From: a virus
Taxonomy: Duplodnaviria > Caudoviricetes
Length of the DNA: 35,053 nt
IMG/VR virus record: IMGVR_UViG_3300037195_000566
Location: 1 to 35,053 of that record
Strand: one strand, 5' to 3'
Made by a program: the position numbers and the translations under genes. Position 1 is the stretch's first letter. Every line of letters begins with the position of its first letter. Positions 25,824 to 35,053 of the stretch are shown one piece after another. Under the pieces are notes generated by a model that was not told the DNA's origin, did no database searches, and saw only the letters and a list, made by a program, of their open reading frames with translations.

Positions 25824-28800
25824 ATGGCATTAGATAGTGGTAAAAAAGTAGTTCGTCTTAAACCTATAGATACTGCAGTACCTCATGTAAAATCAGAAAG
25901 TACTTTTAGTATTGCTGTAGATTCTTTTAAACCTACATTAGATAGATTGGAAATTGAAGCTGATGCTACTGCTAAAGCAAAATATTTTAATAATTTTGAT
26001 ATTAAAACTCGAGATCAGTTTATAAAATTTCAAGAAGAATTTAAATTTGATCCTTCTGGTATGAAAGCTGCAGTAGATACTTATGCAGGTACTCTTTTAG
26101 AAAAAGTACCACCTGCATATAAAATTCAAGCTCAAGCTAAACTTGCTGGTTGGAGTACTAATAGTGTTATTTCAGCAACAAGTAATAAAATTCAGAAAGA
26201 TAATAATGATCTAATAAGTGATTGGGGAATTACTTGGGATAAACAAAATGGTGATATTGAATTTAAAATTAAAAAAGCTTCAGATATAAGTTTAACAGGT
26301 CTTCCAAAAAGTTTAGAATTATCATTAGCTACAATTAACGAAGAATCTAAAAATGGAATGTTATTAATTGGTGATAAAGCTCAGACAGAGCTAGAATTAT
26401 TAGTTAATACAAAAGGTTTATTAACTGGTGAAGATCATGATAAAAATTTAATAAACAATATTAAAGGTCTATTGGTTTCTAGAGGTTATCATATTATGAG
26501 AGCTTTAGAAAATGGTTCTGGTGATGATCAAGTAGCTAAAGCTTGGTTATATGATTATTCTCAAGCTAAAGATAAATATGGTATTACGATAGATGAGAAA
26601 TTTAAAGAAAATCCAGTCTATAAAATAACTAATCGGTTAATGAAAGATGATGATACTAGATTAGAAATTATTAATTCAATACAAAAATTATACAAAGAAT
26701 TTCATGCTAAAACTATTTTAGATTTAAAAGAATCATATCAATCAGTAAATATTACAGGTGAACAAGAAGTAGGTGGTGCGTTACATATAAATGAATTTGT
26801 TGGTATTGACAATGCTCAATTATATATGCAAGAGAATTTTCCAAATATTAAACCATCTGATCGTGATAAAATTTTACCTATTGTTAATTATAATATGAGG
26901 ATGCAATCTATTGTTACAAAAGCAATTGATAACAAAACAGCTCCTGCTTGGACTGGTTCGGCATCTGATATTGCTAAAGATAAACGTGCTTTTACTAATG
27001 CTGTATTATCAAGATATGGAATTAATAATATTGAAAATGCAGATGTTGATAATTCAAAATTAAAAGATGCTATTGATATATTAAATCAGCATGGAGAATT
27101 TCCCCATATGTTAACTGAATATGTTAATAATGAAATTATTGGGGATATGTCAACACCCATGAATCTTAATAATTTTAAAAATCAAATTAAATTAGCAGAA
27201 TTTTTAGAAAGTACTATTCCAGGATTTACTCCTAATAATAAAAAATTAATCGCAGCTATGAGAAATGACTGGGATAGAAATGATGAATATTTAATTAGTG
27301 CAGCTAATGATTGGAAACCAAAGAATGATAATGAAATTATTCATGTTCAAAATGAAATTTTTTCAAAAGAAAATAAAGAATTTTTTGAAGAAAAATTATT
27401 TGATTGGATGAACAAAAGAGATGTAACTTCAGATGCATGGTGGTTTGGTAAATTTTTTAATGAACAAAATAAATGGACAAAACACGTTACTGATGAAACG
27501 ACTACTTTTTTTCCATGGGATGCAGAATCAATACTAACTGGGCCTGTAAAACATAAACTATTAGAATATATGGGTGTAGAACTTGCTAGATTATTGCCTG
27601 ATGGCGCAGATCCTACTAATGAAGCATATTCAAAATATATTGATGGTGCAATAATTTCAGCAATGAATAGATTAAAAGAAGAAAACTATTACCCTACCAA
27701 ATATTCTGGTGCAGCAGATGTTATTTTACAAAAAGATTCTTTTGAAAAACATTATCCTGGAATTAATGGTGATCAATTAAATAATGAAGTTATGGCTTAT
27801 GTTTTTAGTAAATATGATTTTAAAACACCATCAGAGTTATCTGCATTTAATAAAAAATTAGAAGAAGTATTTAATAAAGGTTATTTAGCAGAACAAAAAT
27901 CTAAATTAACTTCTTGGAAAGGTTTAACATCCTCTAAAGAAGAAAGAGCCGCAGCTAAAATTGAAATGGAGAAATGGTATAAAATATATGACGAAATGGT
28001 TGCGACTAATGAAGAAGCTATTGGTTCTGAATGGGGAGAACATAATCCTTTAGATGTATTAAAAGTTATTGCTGATAATGGTGGTAAAGGTTATATTATT
28101 GAACCTAAAGGTCATTTAGATGGAACAGGTAAACCTGCATATCATTTAGCTTTACAATTACCTAATGGTGAACGAATAGATATTACAGGAGCTAACGAAA
28201 CTTTTTCACCAAGTAACTATTCTAGTTTAGCAAGTAATTCACTTAATCTTCCTAAAAGCCATGCTCAATTTAAAAACAATTTAGTTAATCAAGAATATGA
28301 AGAATTTATGAAAGAGTATGGTCATATTATAGGAGATAGTGATTTTGCTAAAAGAGCAATGCACGGAATTATAGATGTTGCAATGGGTATGGGGAATTGG
28401 AGATATTATCCTGATGTACCTGGAATTGATGATGTACCAGCAGAAGTAAGACCATTTGCTTTTATAATGAAAGCATTAGGAGTTGATGTCGATTTTAGAG
28501 AAATGAATATCAAAATGAAAAAAGCTATTAAAAATAGAAATGAAGTTATTGCATTTGATAAACAAATTTCAGCTAATATGGATTTATCTAACCATGAAAA
28601 AACTGTAGAAGCATTAGTACCGTTTTGGGAAATGCCTTATAGTAAAGCTAATCTAGATTTAACTTATAAAACGTATGCTAAAGAAAATTATAATAATACT
28701 ACTCAAAATCTAGGATTAAGAACTAATAATTATCTTGGCGTACATTGGATTAATGAAGGTAAAACAGGAGAATTATGGGATGGTCAATTAAATTATAAAG

Positions 28801-29198
28801 TAGATGGAAATCATCAAGCTGTATTTTCCAGTCCTGAACATAGTGTAAGAGCAGCAATTAAAATAATAATTAACCATTCGGAATTAATCAGCAATAACAT
28901 TAAAAAAGATTACGGATCTACACCTACTGTTAAAGAGATATTTACTATGTATTCTAAAAATCCTACTCCATATTTTGAAGCATTTAAAAAGTTTGGTTAT
29001 AATGAAAATGATAGAATTAATTTTCTTAATGCTAATGAAGTACATAGATTAATTAAAATGATGATGAATGTTGAAATGGGTACACAAGTATTTGAACAAT
29101 ACTTCCCTTCAGGAAAACATCTTATGTTAGATGCTATAATATTTAAAGGATATAATAGTGCAATTAATTCATACAACGGAAAGTTAGGTAAAATATAA
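25824..29198 (+). CDS. Large internal virion protein with a possible C-terminal lysozyme-like domain
   Basis: 1124 aa; C-terminal GLRTNNYLGV ... AVF.SPE..VRA; position. Confidence 0.7.
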   Translation: MALDSGKKVVRLKPIDTAVPHVKSESTFSIAVDSFKPTLDRLEIEADATAKAKYFNNFDIKTRDQFIKFQEEFKFDPSGMKAAVDTYAGTLLEKVPPAYKIQAQAKLAGWSTNSVISATSNKIQKDNNDLISDWGITWDKQNGDIEFKIKKASDISLTGLPKSLELSLATINEESKNGMLLIGDKAQTELELLVNTKGLLTGEDHDKNLINNIKGLLVSRGYHIMRALENGSGDDQVAKAWLYDYSQAKDKYGITIDEKFKENPVYKITNRLMKDDDTRLEIINSIQKLYKEFHAKTILDLKESYQSVNITGEQEVGGALHINEFVGIDNAQLYMQENFPNIKPSDRDKILPIVNYNMRMQSIVTKAIDNKTAPAWTGSASDIAKDKRAFTNAVLSRYGINNIENADVDNSKLKDAIDILNQHGEFPHMLTEYVNNEIIGDMSTPMNLNNFKNQIKLAEFLESTIPGFTPNNKKLIAAMRNDWDRNDEYLISAANDWKPKNDNEIIHVQNEIFSKENKEFFEEKLFDWMNKRDVTSDAWWFGKFFNEQNKWTKHVTDETTTFFPWDAESILTGPVKHKLLEYMGVELARLLPDGADPTNEAYSKYIDGAIISAMNRLKEENYYPTKYSGAADVILQKDSFEKHYPGINGDQLNNEVMAYVFSKYDFKTPSELSAFNKKLEEVFNKGYLAEQKSKLTSWKGLTSSKEERAAAKIEMEKWYKIYDEMVATNEEAIGSEWGEHNPLDVLKVIADNGGKGYIIEPKGHLDGTGKPAYHLALQLPNGERIDITGANETFSPSNYSSLASNSLNLPKSHAQFKNNLVNQEYEEFMKEYGHIIGDSDFAKRAMHGIIDVAMGMGNWRYYPDVPGIDDVPAEVRPFAFIMKALGVDVDFREMNIKMKKAIKNRNEVIAFDKQISANMDLSNHEKTVEALVPFWEMPYSKANLDLTYKTYAKENYNNTTQNLGLRTNNYLGVHWINEGKTGELWDGQLNYKVDGNHQAVFSSPEHSVRAAIKIIINHSELISNNIKKDYGSTPTVKEIFTMYSKNPTPYFEAFKKFGYNENDRINFLNANEVHRLIKMMMNVEMGTQVFEQYFPSGKHLMLDAIIFKGYNSAINSYNGKLGKI

Positions 29199-29713
29199 TG
29201 GATGAAAATGATTTAAAAAAGTTATTAAAAAATAAAAAATTTAAAACTTATGAACAACATAAAAGAGAAAAAAAATTAAAAACAATAGGAATGGAATTAG
29301 GAGTTCCTTTTGCTATGGGTGTAGGAATGTATGCAATTGGCAAAGGTATATATAATGGTATTAATAAAGTAGCCAAAACTGCTTTCCCTGATTTAAAAGA
29401 TTATAAAGATTATACAACATTACAACAAGACTCTAGATATAGAGGAACACCAGGTATGTATGGAACAGGTTTAAGACATATGGGTGTTAATTGGTTAGGT
29501 AAAAAATATCCAGGTTTTCATAAATGGATGGTTAAAACAGAAAGAAAAGGGTGGGAATTTGAACCACATGAAACTGATATTAAAACAGAAGATCTTGAAT
29601 TTGCAGAATATGGATTAAGTAAAAACAGTTTAGTTAGATATATTCAAAAAAATTTTACTAAAAAAGGAAAATTAGCTGTTCAGGATAAAAAACTTAAAAG
29701 TGTTGAAAAATAA
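29198..29713 (+). CDS. Hypothetical protein between the two large ejection-protein genes
   Basis: ORF track; TAATG-coupled on both sides. Confidence 0.6.
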   Translation: MDENDLKKLLKNKKFKTYEQHKREKKLKTIGMELGVPFAMGVGMYAIGKGIYNGINKVAKTAFPDLKDYKDYTTLQQDSRYRGTPGMYGTGLRHMGVNWLGKKYPGFHKWMVKTERKGWEFEPHETDIKTEDLEFAEYGLSKNSLVRYIQKNFTKKGKLAVQDKKLKSVEK

Positions 29714-32700
29714 TGTATTATTTACCAACTCCTATTACTGAAGATTGGTCTAAAGACCAAGCAGATAAAAATAAAACACCTGTTACTTGGTCGCCAACAG
29801 ATGCATGGACAGGCTTTAAAGAAGAAAATCTGTCATGGATGGTGGGTAAAAAAGGTGTTGAATGGCTTTTCAAACATCAAGATTTTCCACCTGATGAAAA
29901 TTATAATCCATCAGAAGATCCTCAATTAGAAGGATATGATGATTTTTCTCATTTATTTATGTTTAGCAAAAGTTCACATGAGACATCATCAATATTACAA
30001 AAATTACAAAAACACAGTGAAATAAATTATGCATCTCCTTGGTATCATTTGGGTAGAGTAACAGGTGCAATTTTAGATCCATCTACATATTTATTATTTA
30101 CTAAAGTTGGACAAGCTGCAAAAGTTTTTGGTACTGCAATGTTAACAGAAGAAATAGCAAAACAAAATTTAGATCCTATTAGAAATGATAGTTATGTTCC
30201 TTGGGTAGCAGCAGGAGGATATGCTATACCAGCAATTATTAATAAATTAACACAAGTTAAAGCTCCTTTATCTTTAAAAAGAAAAATTGATAAACTAGAT
30301 GATCATTGGATAGAAAAATCTGCTAGAAATCCTAAATTAGAAACTTCTAAATTAAAAAATAAAGAAGATATTTTAGAAGATGCTCAACCAGGTACTTTTA
30401 AAGAACCTATGCCTTCAGTTGGATCAGCAGGAATAGGTACTGTAAAACGTCAAACTACTAAAGAAATAATGGAAGGTGAAGAATTTGTTAAATCTAATTT
30501 AAGAATATTTGGTGAAGATGGCCCTTGGACTCCAGTTTTTAGGGTAATGAAATCTGTTTCTAAAACTGCAAGAATAATGATGGCAGATCTTTTAGATACT
30601 CCTTTGCTTAAACTTAAAAATACTAAAGAATGGGGTTTTGAATCTACAGGAAAATCAATTGAAACTGATATGAGAATGTTAAGAATTGGTGAAATACAAT
30701 CTCATAATTTAATTAAAGAACAATATTTACTCTATGTTAAACGAGAACAAGGTGCACATAAAGTTCCAAAAACTACTTTAGGATCAATGGTTCATAATAA
30801 ATTTAATAATGAATTTATGTCTTTAAATGAATTTTCACAAGAAGTAACTAAAGCAAGATTAAATAAAGGAAGTGATATTAAAGAAGTTGATGCTGCATAT
30901 CGAATTTCTGAAGAAAAGGTTTATAAACCACTTTTCGAACAAAGTAACTTACTTAAAATTAGAGAGATGCCTGTATTACAAGAATTAAATTTTTGGTCTA
31001 AAATTCTTAAAGGAATAAGAGCAAAAAAAGAAGGAACATATAAATATTGGTCTAAAAAAGACAAAACATGGGTTGAAGTACCTATTACAGTTATAGAAAA
31101 AAAAATAGATAAATTAACTGAAAGATTAGCTCATATTCAATCTAAAGAAGGTGTAGATGGTTATATTAATTTAATTTATATTAAACACGCTATTGATAAA
31201 AATCCTGAAGCTTTTAAAAATATTATTAGAGATTTTTATACACGAAAAGGTAAATTAATTAATGAAGGAAAATTAAATGAATTAGTAGATACTTTATCTA
31301 ATCATTTTCCTTTTACAAGATTTGAAAAAACTAATTGGAGAGAAATTACTAAATTAAAAGAAGAAACTCTAGCTAAACTTTATGCTATGAGAGCTTCTGG
31401 ACAAAAAGAAGGATCTAAATTATATGAAAATGCCCTTGAAGAAATTAATGATAAAATATTAAAATTTAAACAGGGGGGTAAAGAAGATCTTGAAGAATTA
31501 TTTATTAAGTTACTAGGAAAAGAAACAGCACATAAAACATTTTTAGATGCTTTAAAAGATATTGAAGAAATATTATTAAGAGAAAGATATGTATTTCCAC
31601 ATCCAAGATACGCTAGAGCTAATAGAGCTAGAGAACTTAATTTAGATAAACAAGCTCAATTAGAATTAGTTAAAGGTGGTTTTATTATGTCTGATATTTT
31701 TGCTTTACAAAAATCTTATGTAAGACAAATGCTACCAGATATATTATTAACCCAAAAATATGGAGATACCATGGGTATAGGTTTTAAATATATTGATGAA
31801 GCATCTTCTCAAACTCATCCTGGATTATTAAAAGTACTTCAAGAATATAAAGGAAAAATTTTTTTAGCATCCAATAAAAAAGAAAAAGTTAGATTAACAG
31901 AAGAAATGTATAAAACTTTAGATGATCTAGAGGCAGCTATTGAATTAATTAGAGGTACATATGGATTACCTGCTAATCCTCATTCATGGACTTCTCAAGC
32001 TATGAGAACTGCAAAACATTATAATGCATTAACAATGCTTACAGGTTTTATGGCAGCTATGCCTGATCTTGCTCGTATTATTATGACCTCTGGAATTAAC
32101 AGAGGATTTAAAACACAATTTGAAGCTTTTGGTAATTACCTTGGCACTAGAGAACTTTTTAATATGGGTAAAAAAGAAGCTCAATCTTTTGGTGAAGCAA
32201 TTGATATGGTTACAGGACAAAGAGCTATGTTGTTTGCTGATGTAGGAGATATGTTTGGCTTATCATCTAAATTTGAAGGTAACATGGGTAAACTATCCTC
32301 GTTTAACTTTATGTATGTTAACCTTATGTCTAGATGGACTGAATGGGCTAAATCTATGGCATCAGTTACTATAGGTTCTAGAATTATAGAAGATTCTATT
32401 TTATGGAGCAAAGGCAAATTAGGAGATAAATGGAAAACAGCATTAGCTTCTTCAGGTATTGATGAACAAACTGCTGTAAGAATTGCTAATCAATTTAGTA
32501 AATATGGTGAAAAAACTAAACATAATTTTATGGCTAATACAGCTTTATGGGATGATGAATTAGCTAAAAATGCTTTTGGTGCAGCTTTAAATAAAGATAT
32601 TAATATTACAATTGTAACTCCAGGTTTAGGAGATACTCCTAAATGGATGAGTACAGAATTAGGTTCTACATTTGCTCAGTTTAAAAAATTTGCAATGGCA

Positions 32701-33180
32701 GCTACTCAAAGAATGTTAATGAGAGGTATGCAAGAAAGAGATTTAGATTTCTTATTTGGATCAATGTTACTTCTAGGATCTGGTATGATGATAGATGCTA
32801 TATACCATAAATATAGATTTAATAGAGATTATGGTAACTTATCATTAACTCAAAAACTACTTAATGCTTTTGATAGATCAGGATTAGGTGGTATCTACAC
32901 TGATGTTAATAAAGCGATAGAAACATTATCTGATAATAGAATTGGTATATCTCCGTTACTTGGAGAATCTAAACCTTATGGATCATCTGGTAGATGGAAA
33001 GCAGGAACTTTGTTTGGCCCAACAGGAGGCCAAATTTATAATATTTTTGATATACTTTATGATGTTAAAGGAAATAAATATAATCACCATACAGCTAAGA
33101 ATGTGCGTAGATTAATACCATTTCAAAATATATGGTATCTCGATTGGTTGTTTGACGACATTCAAAAAGGATTAAATTAA
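29713..33180 (+). CDS. Large internal virion protein (gp16-like)
   Basis: 1155 aa; C-terminal QFKKF and RRLIPFQN.WYL; last gene before the tail fibre. Confidence 0.8.
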   Translation: MYYLPTPITEDWSKDQADKNKTPVTWSPTDAWTGFKEENLSWMVGKKGVEWLFKHQDFPPDENYNPSEDPQLEGYDDFSHLFMFSKSSHETSSILQKLQKHSEINYASPWYHLGRVTGAILDPSTYLLFTKVGQAAKVFGTAMLTEEIAKQNLDPIRNDSYVPWVAAGGYAIPAIINKLTQVKAPLSLKRKIDKLDDHWIEKSARNPKLETSKLKNKEDILEDAQPGTFKEPMPSVGSAGIGTVKRQTTKEIMEGEEFVKSNLRIFGEDGPWTPVFRVMKSVSKTARIMMADLLDTPLLKLKNTKEWGFESTGKSIETDMRMLRIGEIQSHNLIKEQYLLYVKREQGAHKVPKTTLGSMVHNKFNNEFMSLNEFSQEVTKARLNKGSDIKEVDAAYRISEEKVYKPLFEQSNLLKIREMPVLQELNFWSKILKGIRAKKEGTYKYWSKKDKTWVEVPITVIEKKIDKLTERLAHIQSKEGVDGYINLIYIKHAIDKNPEAFKNIIRDFYTRKGKLINEGKLNELVDTLSNHFPFTRFEKTNWREITKLKEETLAKLYAMRASGQKEGSKLYENALEEINDKILKFKQGGKEDLEELFIKLLGKETAHKTFLDALKDIEEILLRERYVFPHPRYARANRARELNLDKQAQLELVKGGFIMSDIFALQKSYVRQMLPDILLTQKYGDTMGIGFKYIDEASSQTHPGLLKVLQEYKGKIFLASNKKEKVRLTEEMYKTLDDLEAAIELIRGTYGLPANPHSWTSQAMRTAKHYNALTMLTGFMAAMPDLARIIMTSGINRGFKTQFEAFGNYLGTRELFNMGKKEAQSFGEAIDMVTGQRAMLFADVGDMFGLSSKFEGNMGKLSSFNFMYVNLMSRWTEWAKSMASVTIGSRIIEDSILWSKGKLGDKWKTALASSGIDEQTAVRIANQFSKYGEKTKHNFMANTALWDDELAKNAFGAALNKDINITIVTPGLGDTPKWMSTELGSTFAQFKKFAMAATQRMLMRGMQERDLDFLFGSMLLLGSGMMIDAIYHKYRFNRDYGNLSLTQKLLNAFDRSGLGGIYTDVNKAIETLSDNRIGISPLLGESKPYGSSGRWKAGTLFGPTGGQIYNIFDILYDVKGNKYNHHTAKNVRRLIPFQNIWYLDWLFDDIQKGLN

Positions 33181-34595
33181 TGGCTATTACTATATCTGAT
33201 ACAGAACCTAGGGTTCAATATACAGCAACATCTGGACAGACTTCATTTTCTGTACCATTTGAATTTTTTACTACATCTGACATTAAAGTATATAACGGTA
33301 CTACACTATTAACCTATGCGGCTTCACCGTCATCAGGTTCATATTATTCGGTAACAGGCGCAGGAGTTTCTGGTGGAGGATCAATTACTTTAGGGAGTGG
33401 TGGGGCTACCCTTGATGATACAATTACAATTTACAGAGATTTAGGAGTTGCTAGATCAACAGACTTTCCAACATCAGGTGCTTTCCAAGTAGATTCATTA
33501 AATACAGAACTAGACAAAATTATTGCTATGATCCAGCAAGTAGAAAGAGATCTTAAATTTTCACCTAAAGCTGCAGCTACAACGTCAAGCACATACAACC
33601 TTACCTTTCCTGATCTTGTAGCAGATAAAATCCTATCCGTTAATTCGGCAGGAACAGCTTTAGAATTTTTAAATACAACAACAGATGTTTCAGCAGTTGC
33701 TGGAGTAGTAGATGAAATAGCTTTATTAGGAGTAGCTGATGTAATTACTGATATGGGTTTACTTGGAACAAGTGCTGTTATTGCAGATATGGCTTTATTA
33801 GGTACATCAGATTGTGTAGCTGATATGGCAATACTTGGAACCTCAGATGTAGTTTCAGATTTAAACACTCTTGCTACTTCAGCGATTGTAACTGATATGG
33901 ATTTATTAGCAACTTCAGCAAATGTTACAGCAATGGGATTACTTGGAACTTCAGATGTAGTTACTGATATGGGGTTATTAGGTACTAGTGCTTGTGTAGC
34001 CAATATGGCTCTACTTGGTACTAGTGACTGTGTAGCAGATATGGCTTTACTTGGAACTTCAGCTTGTGTTGCAGATATGGCTTTACTCGGTACTTCGGAT
34101 TGTGTTGCTGACATGGCGTTACTTGGTACAAGTGCTTGTGTAGCTGACATGGCAATCTTAGGAACTGCCGATGTTGTATCCGACATGAACACTTTAGCAT
34201 CAAGTGATATTGTAAGTGATCTTAATACTCTTGCGACATCTGATATTGTAACTGATTTAAGTACAGTTGCAGATAATATTGCTGGAGTAAGTAGTTTTGC
34301 CGCTAGATATAGAGTTGCAAGTTCTGAACCTGGATCAGATAATGATGAAGGAGATTTATATTATAATACTACTGCTAATACATTAAATTATTATGATGGA
34401 AGTTCTTGGAGCGCTATTACTGCTGATACAGACGTTAAAGCAGGAGTAAGTTCTAACGACACCACACCTGACTATCTTTTAAATAAATTTACAGCAGGTA
34501 CAGCAATTACAATAGTTGAAACCAATGATGGTGGAGACGAAACATTAACAATAAACGCAACAGACCCAACAGCTTTGGCGATAGCTTTAGGATAA
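33180..34595 (+). CDS. Tail fibre with T7 gp17-like N-terminal adaptor domain and a 12-aa repeat shaft
   Basis: YTA..GQT.F..PF.F....DI.VY, TDF...G......LN.ELD; repeated ADMALLGTSxCV. Confidence 0.85.
   Translation: MAITISDTEPRVQYTATSGQTSFSVPFEFFTTSDIKVYNGTTLLTYAASPSSGSYYSVTGAGVSGGGSITLGSGGATLDDTITIYRDLGVARSTDFPTSGAFQVDSLNTELDKIIAMIQQVERDLKFSPKAAATTSSTYNLTFPDLVADKILSVNSAGTALEFLNTTTDVSAVAGVVDEIALLGVADVITDMGLLGTSAVIADMALLGTSDCVADMAILGTSDVVSDLNTLATSAIVTDMDLLATSANVTAMGLLGTSDVVTDMGLLGTSACVANMALLGTSDCVADMALLGTSACVADMALLGTSDCVADMALLGTSACVADMAILGTADVVSDMNTLASSDIVSDLNTLATSDIVTDLSTVADNIAGVSSFAARYRVASSEPGSDNDEGDLYYNTTANTLNYYDGSSWSAITADTDVKAGVSSNDTTPDYLLNKFTAGTAITIVETNDGGDETLTINATDPTALAIALG
33708..34274 (+). 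repeat. About 15-16 tandem 36-bp (12-aa) coding repeats
   Basis: Units such as ADMALLGTSDCV, TDMGLLGTSACV and SDLNTLATSDIV read directly from the translation. Confidence 0.9.
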
Positions 34596-34617
34596 TTAAT
34601 TAAGGAGAAAATAATAG

Positions 34618-34968
34618 ATGGCAAATAATTTTAAAATCAAATCAAATGATGCAATGCCTGCATCAGCAGGAACTTTTGACACATTATATACAGTTCCAAG
34701 CGCAACTACTACAGTAGTTCTTGGATTGATACTTTGTAATGTTCATACTACTTCTGTAACCGCTAGTGTTAAGATGAGTTCAAACACAGTAGATACAGAA
34801 ACAAATGTAGATACTTTACTTGTAAAAGACGTAAGTATTCCTGCTGGAAGTTCACTAGAAGTTTTAAGTGGTTCAAAGTTAGTTCTACAAACAACTGACT
34901 TACTTAAAATTGATTGTAGTGTATCAGCAAAAATTGATGCGACTTTATCCATAATGGAGATAACATAA
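34618..34968 (+). CDS. Small tail-associated beta-sandwich protein
   Basis: MANNFK..., LYTVPSATTTVV.GL..CN, IP.GSSL.....K.VL...D; SD AAGGAG. Confidence 0.75.
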   Translation: MANNFKIKSNDAMPASAGTFDTLYTVPSATTTVVLGLILCNVHTTSVTASVKMSSNTVDTETNVDTLLVKDVSIPAGSSLEVLSGSKLVLQTTDLLKIDCSVSAKIDATLSIMEIT

Positions 34969-34969
34969 G

Positions 34970-35053
34970 ATGGCTTATATTGGGAAAATTCCTACAGCAG
35001 CAGCTTTAACTAGCTCTGACATAACAGATGGAATAATTACAAATGCTAAACTA
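34970..35053 (+). CDS. 5' end of a truncated tail-fibre-like protein
   Basis: MAYIGKIPTAAALTSSDITDGIITNAKL, open to the window edge. Confidence 0.65.
   Translation, partial: MAYIGKIPTAAALTSSDITDGIITNAKL

Noticed and set aside
33431-34203. 253-aa and 60-aa antisense ORFs over the tail fibre
   Set aside because: Shadow ORFs produced by the repeat's codon pattern.
4452-34952. Other nested or antisense ORFs (4452, 5354, 7120, 8785, 9220, 13688, 17543, 18105, 18157, 18560, 21058, 24900, 32029, 32181, 34743)
   Set aside because: They overlap well-supported genes or the structured element, lack SD sites and show no recognisable motifs.
1-35053. Prophage/integration module, tRNA genes, DGR or reverse transcriptase, terminal repeats
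   Set aside because: I found no integrase, host genes, tRNA cloverleaf, RT motif or end-to-end repeat by eye; tRNAscan and self-BLAST would confirm.

Overview
This is a near-complete, AT-rich dsDNA podovirus genome with T7/BPP-1/HTVC010P-like virion architecture. A marine alphaproteobacterial (SAR11-like) host is my inference, not something the sequence shows. The window starts inside a tail-fibre-associated gene and ends at the start of another, so it looks circularly permuted with part of the tail cluster missing. Layout: a rightward lysis/late block (1-3529); a leftward early/recombination block (3586-13026: SSB, Sak/Rad52, YqaJ exonuclease, GIY-YIG, two XRE HTH proteins, a DnaA domain-IV protein, DUF932); and a rightward packaging/structural block (13858-35053). 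I see no DNA polymerase, helicase, primase, RNA polymerase, integrase, tRNA or CRISPR. The most unusual signals are non-coding: (1) a ~720-bp GC-rich, extensively base-paired element with repeated modules at 13063-13781; (2) an array of conserved-stem/variable-loop hairpins at 11570-11998, folding on the minus strand, with segments that match that element and a G-rich site after terS; (3) a perfect Irr-type ICE box just upstream of the array; (4) a recurring TGTGCG promoter motif with fixed spacing to leaderless starts. All family assignments are from motif recognition by eye; no searches were run.
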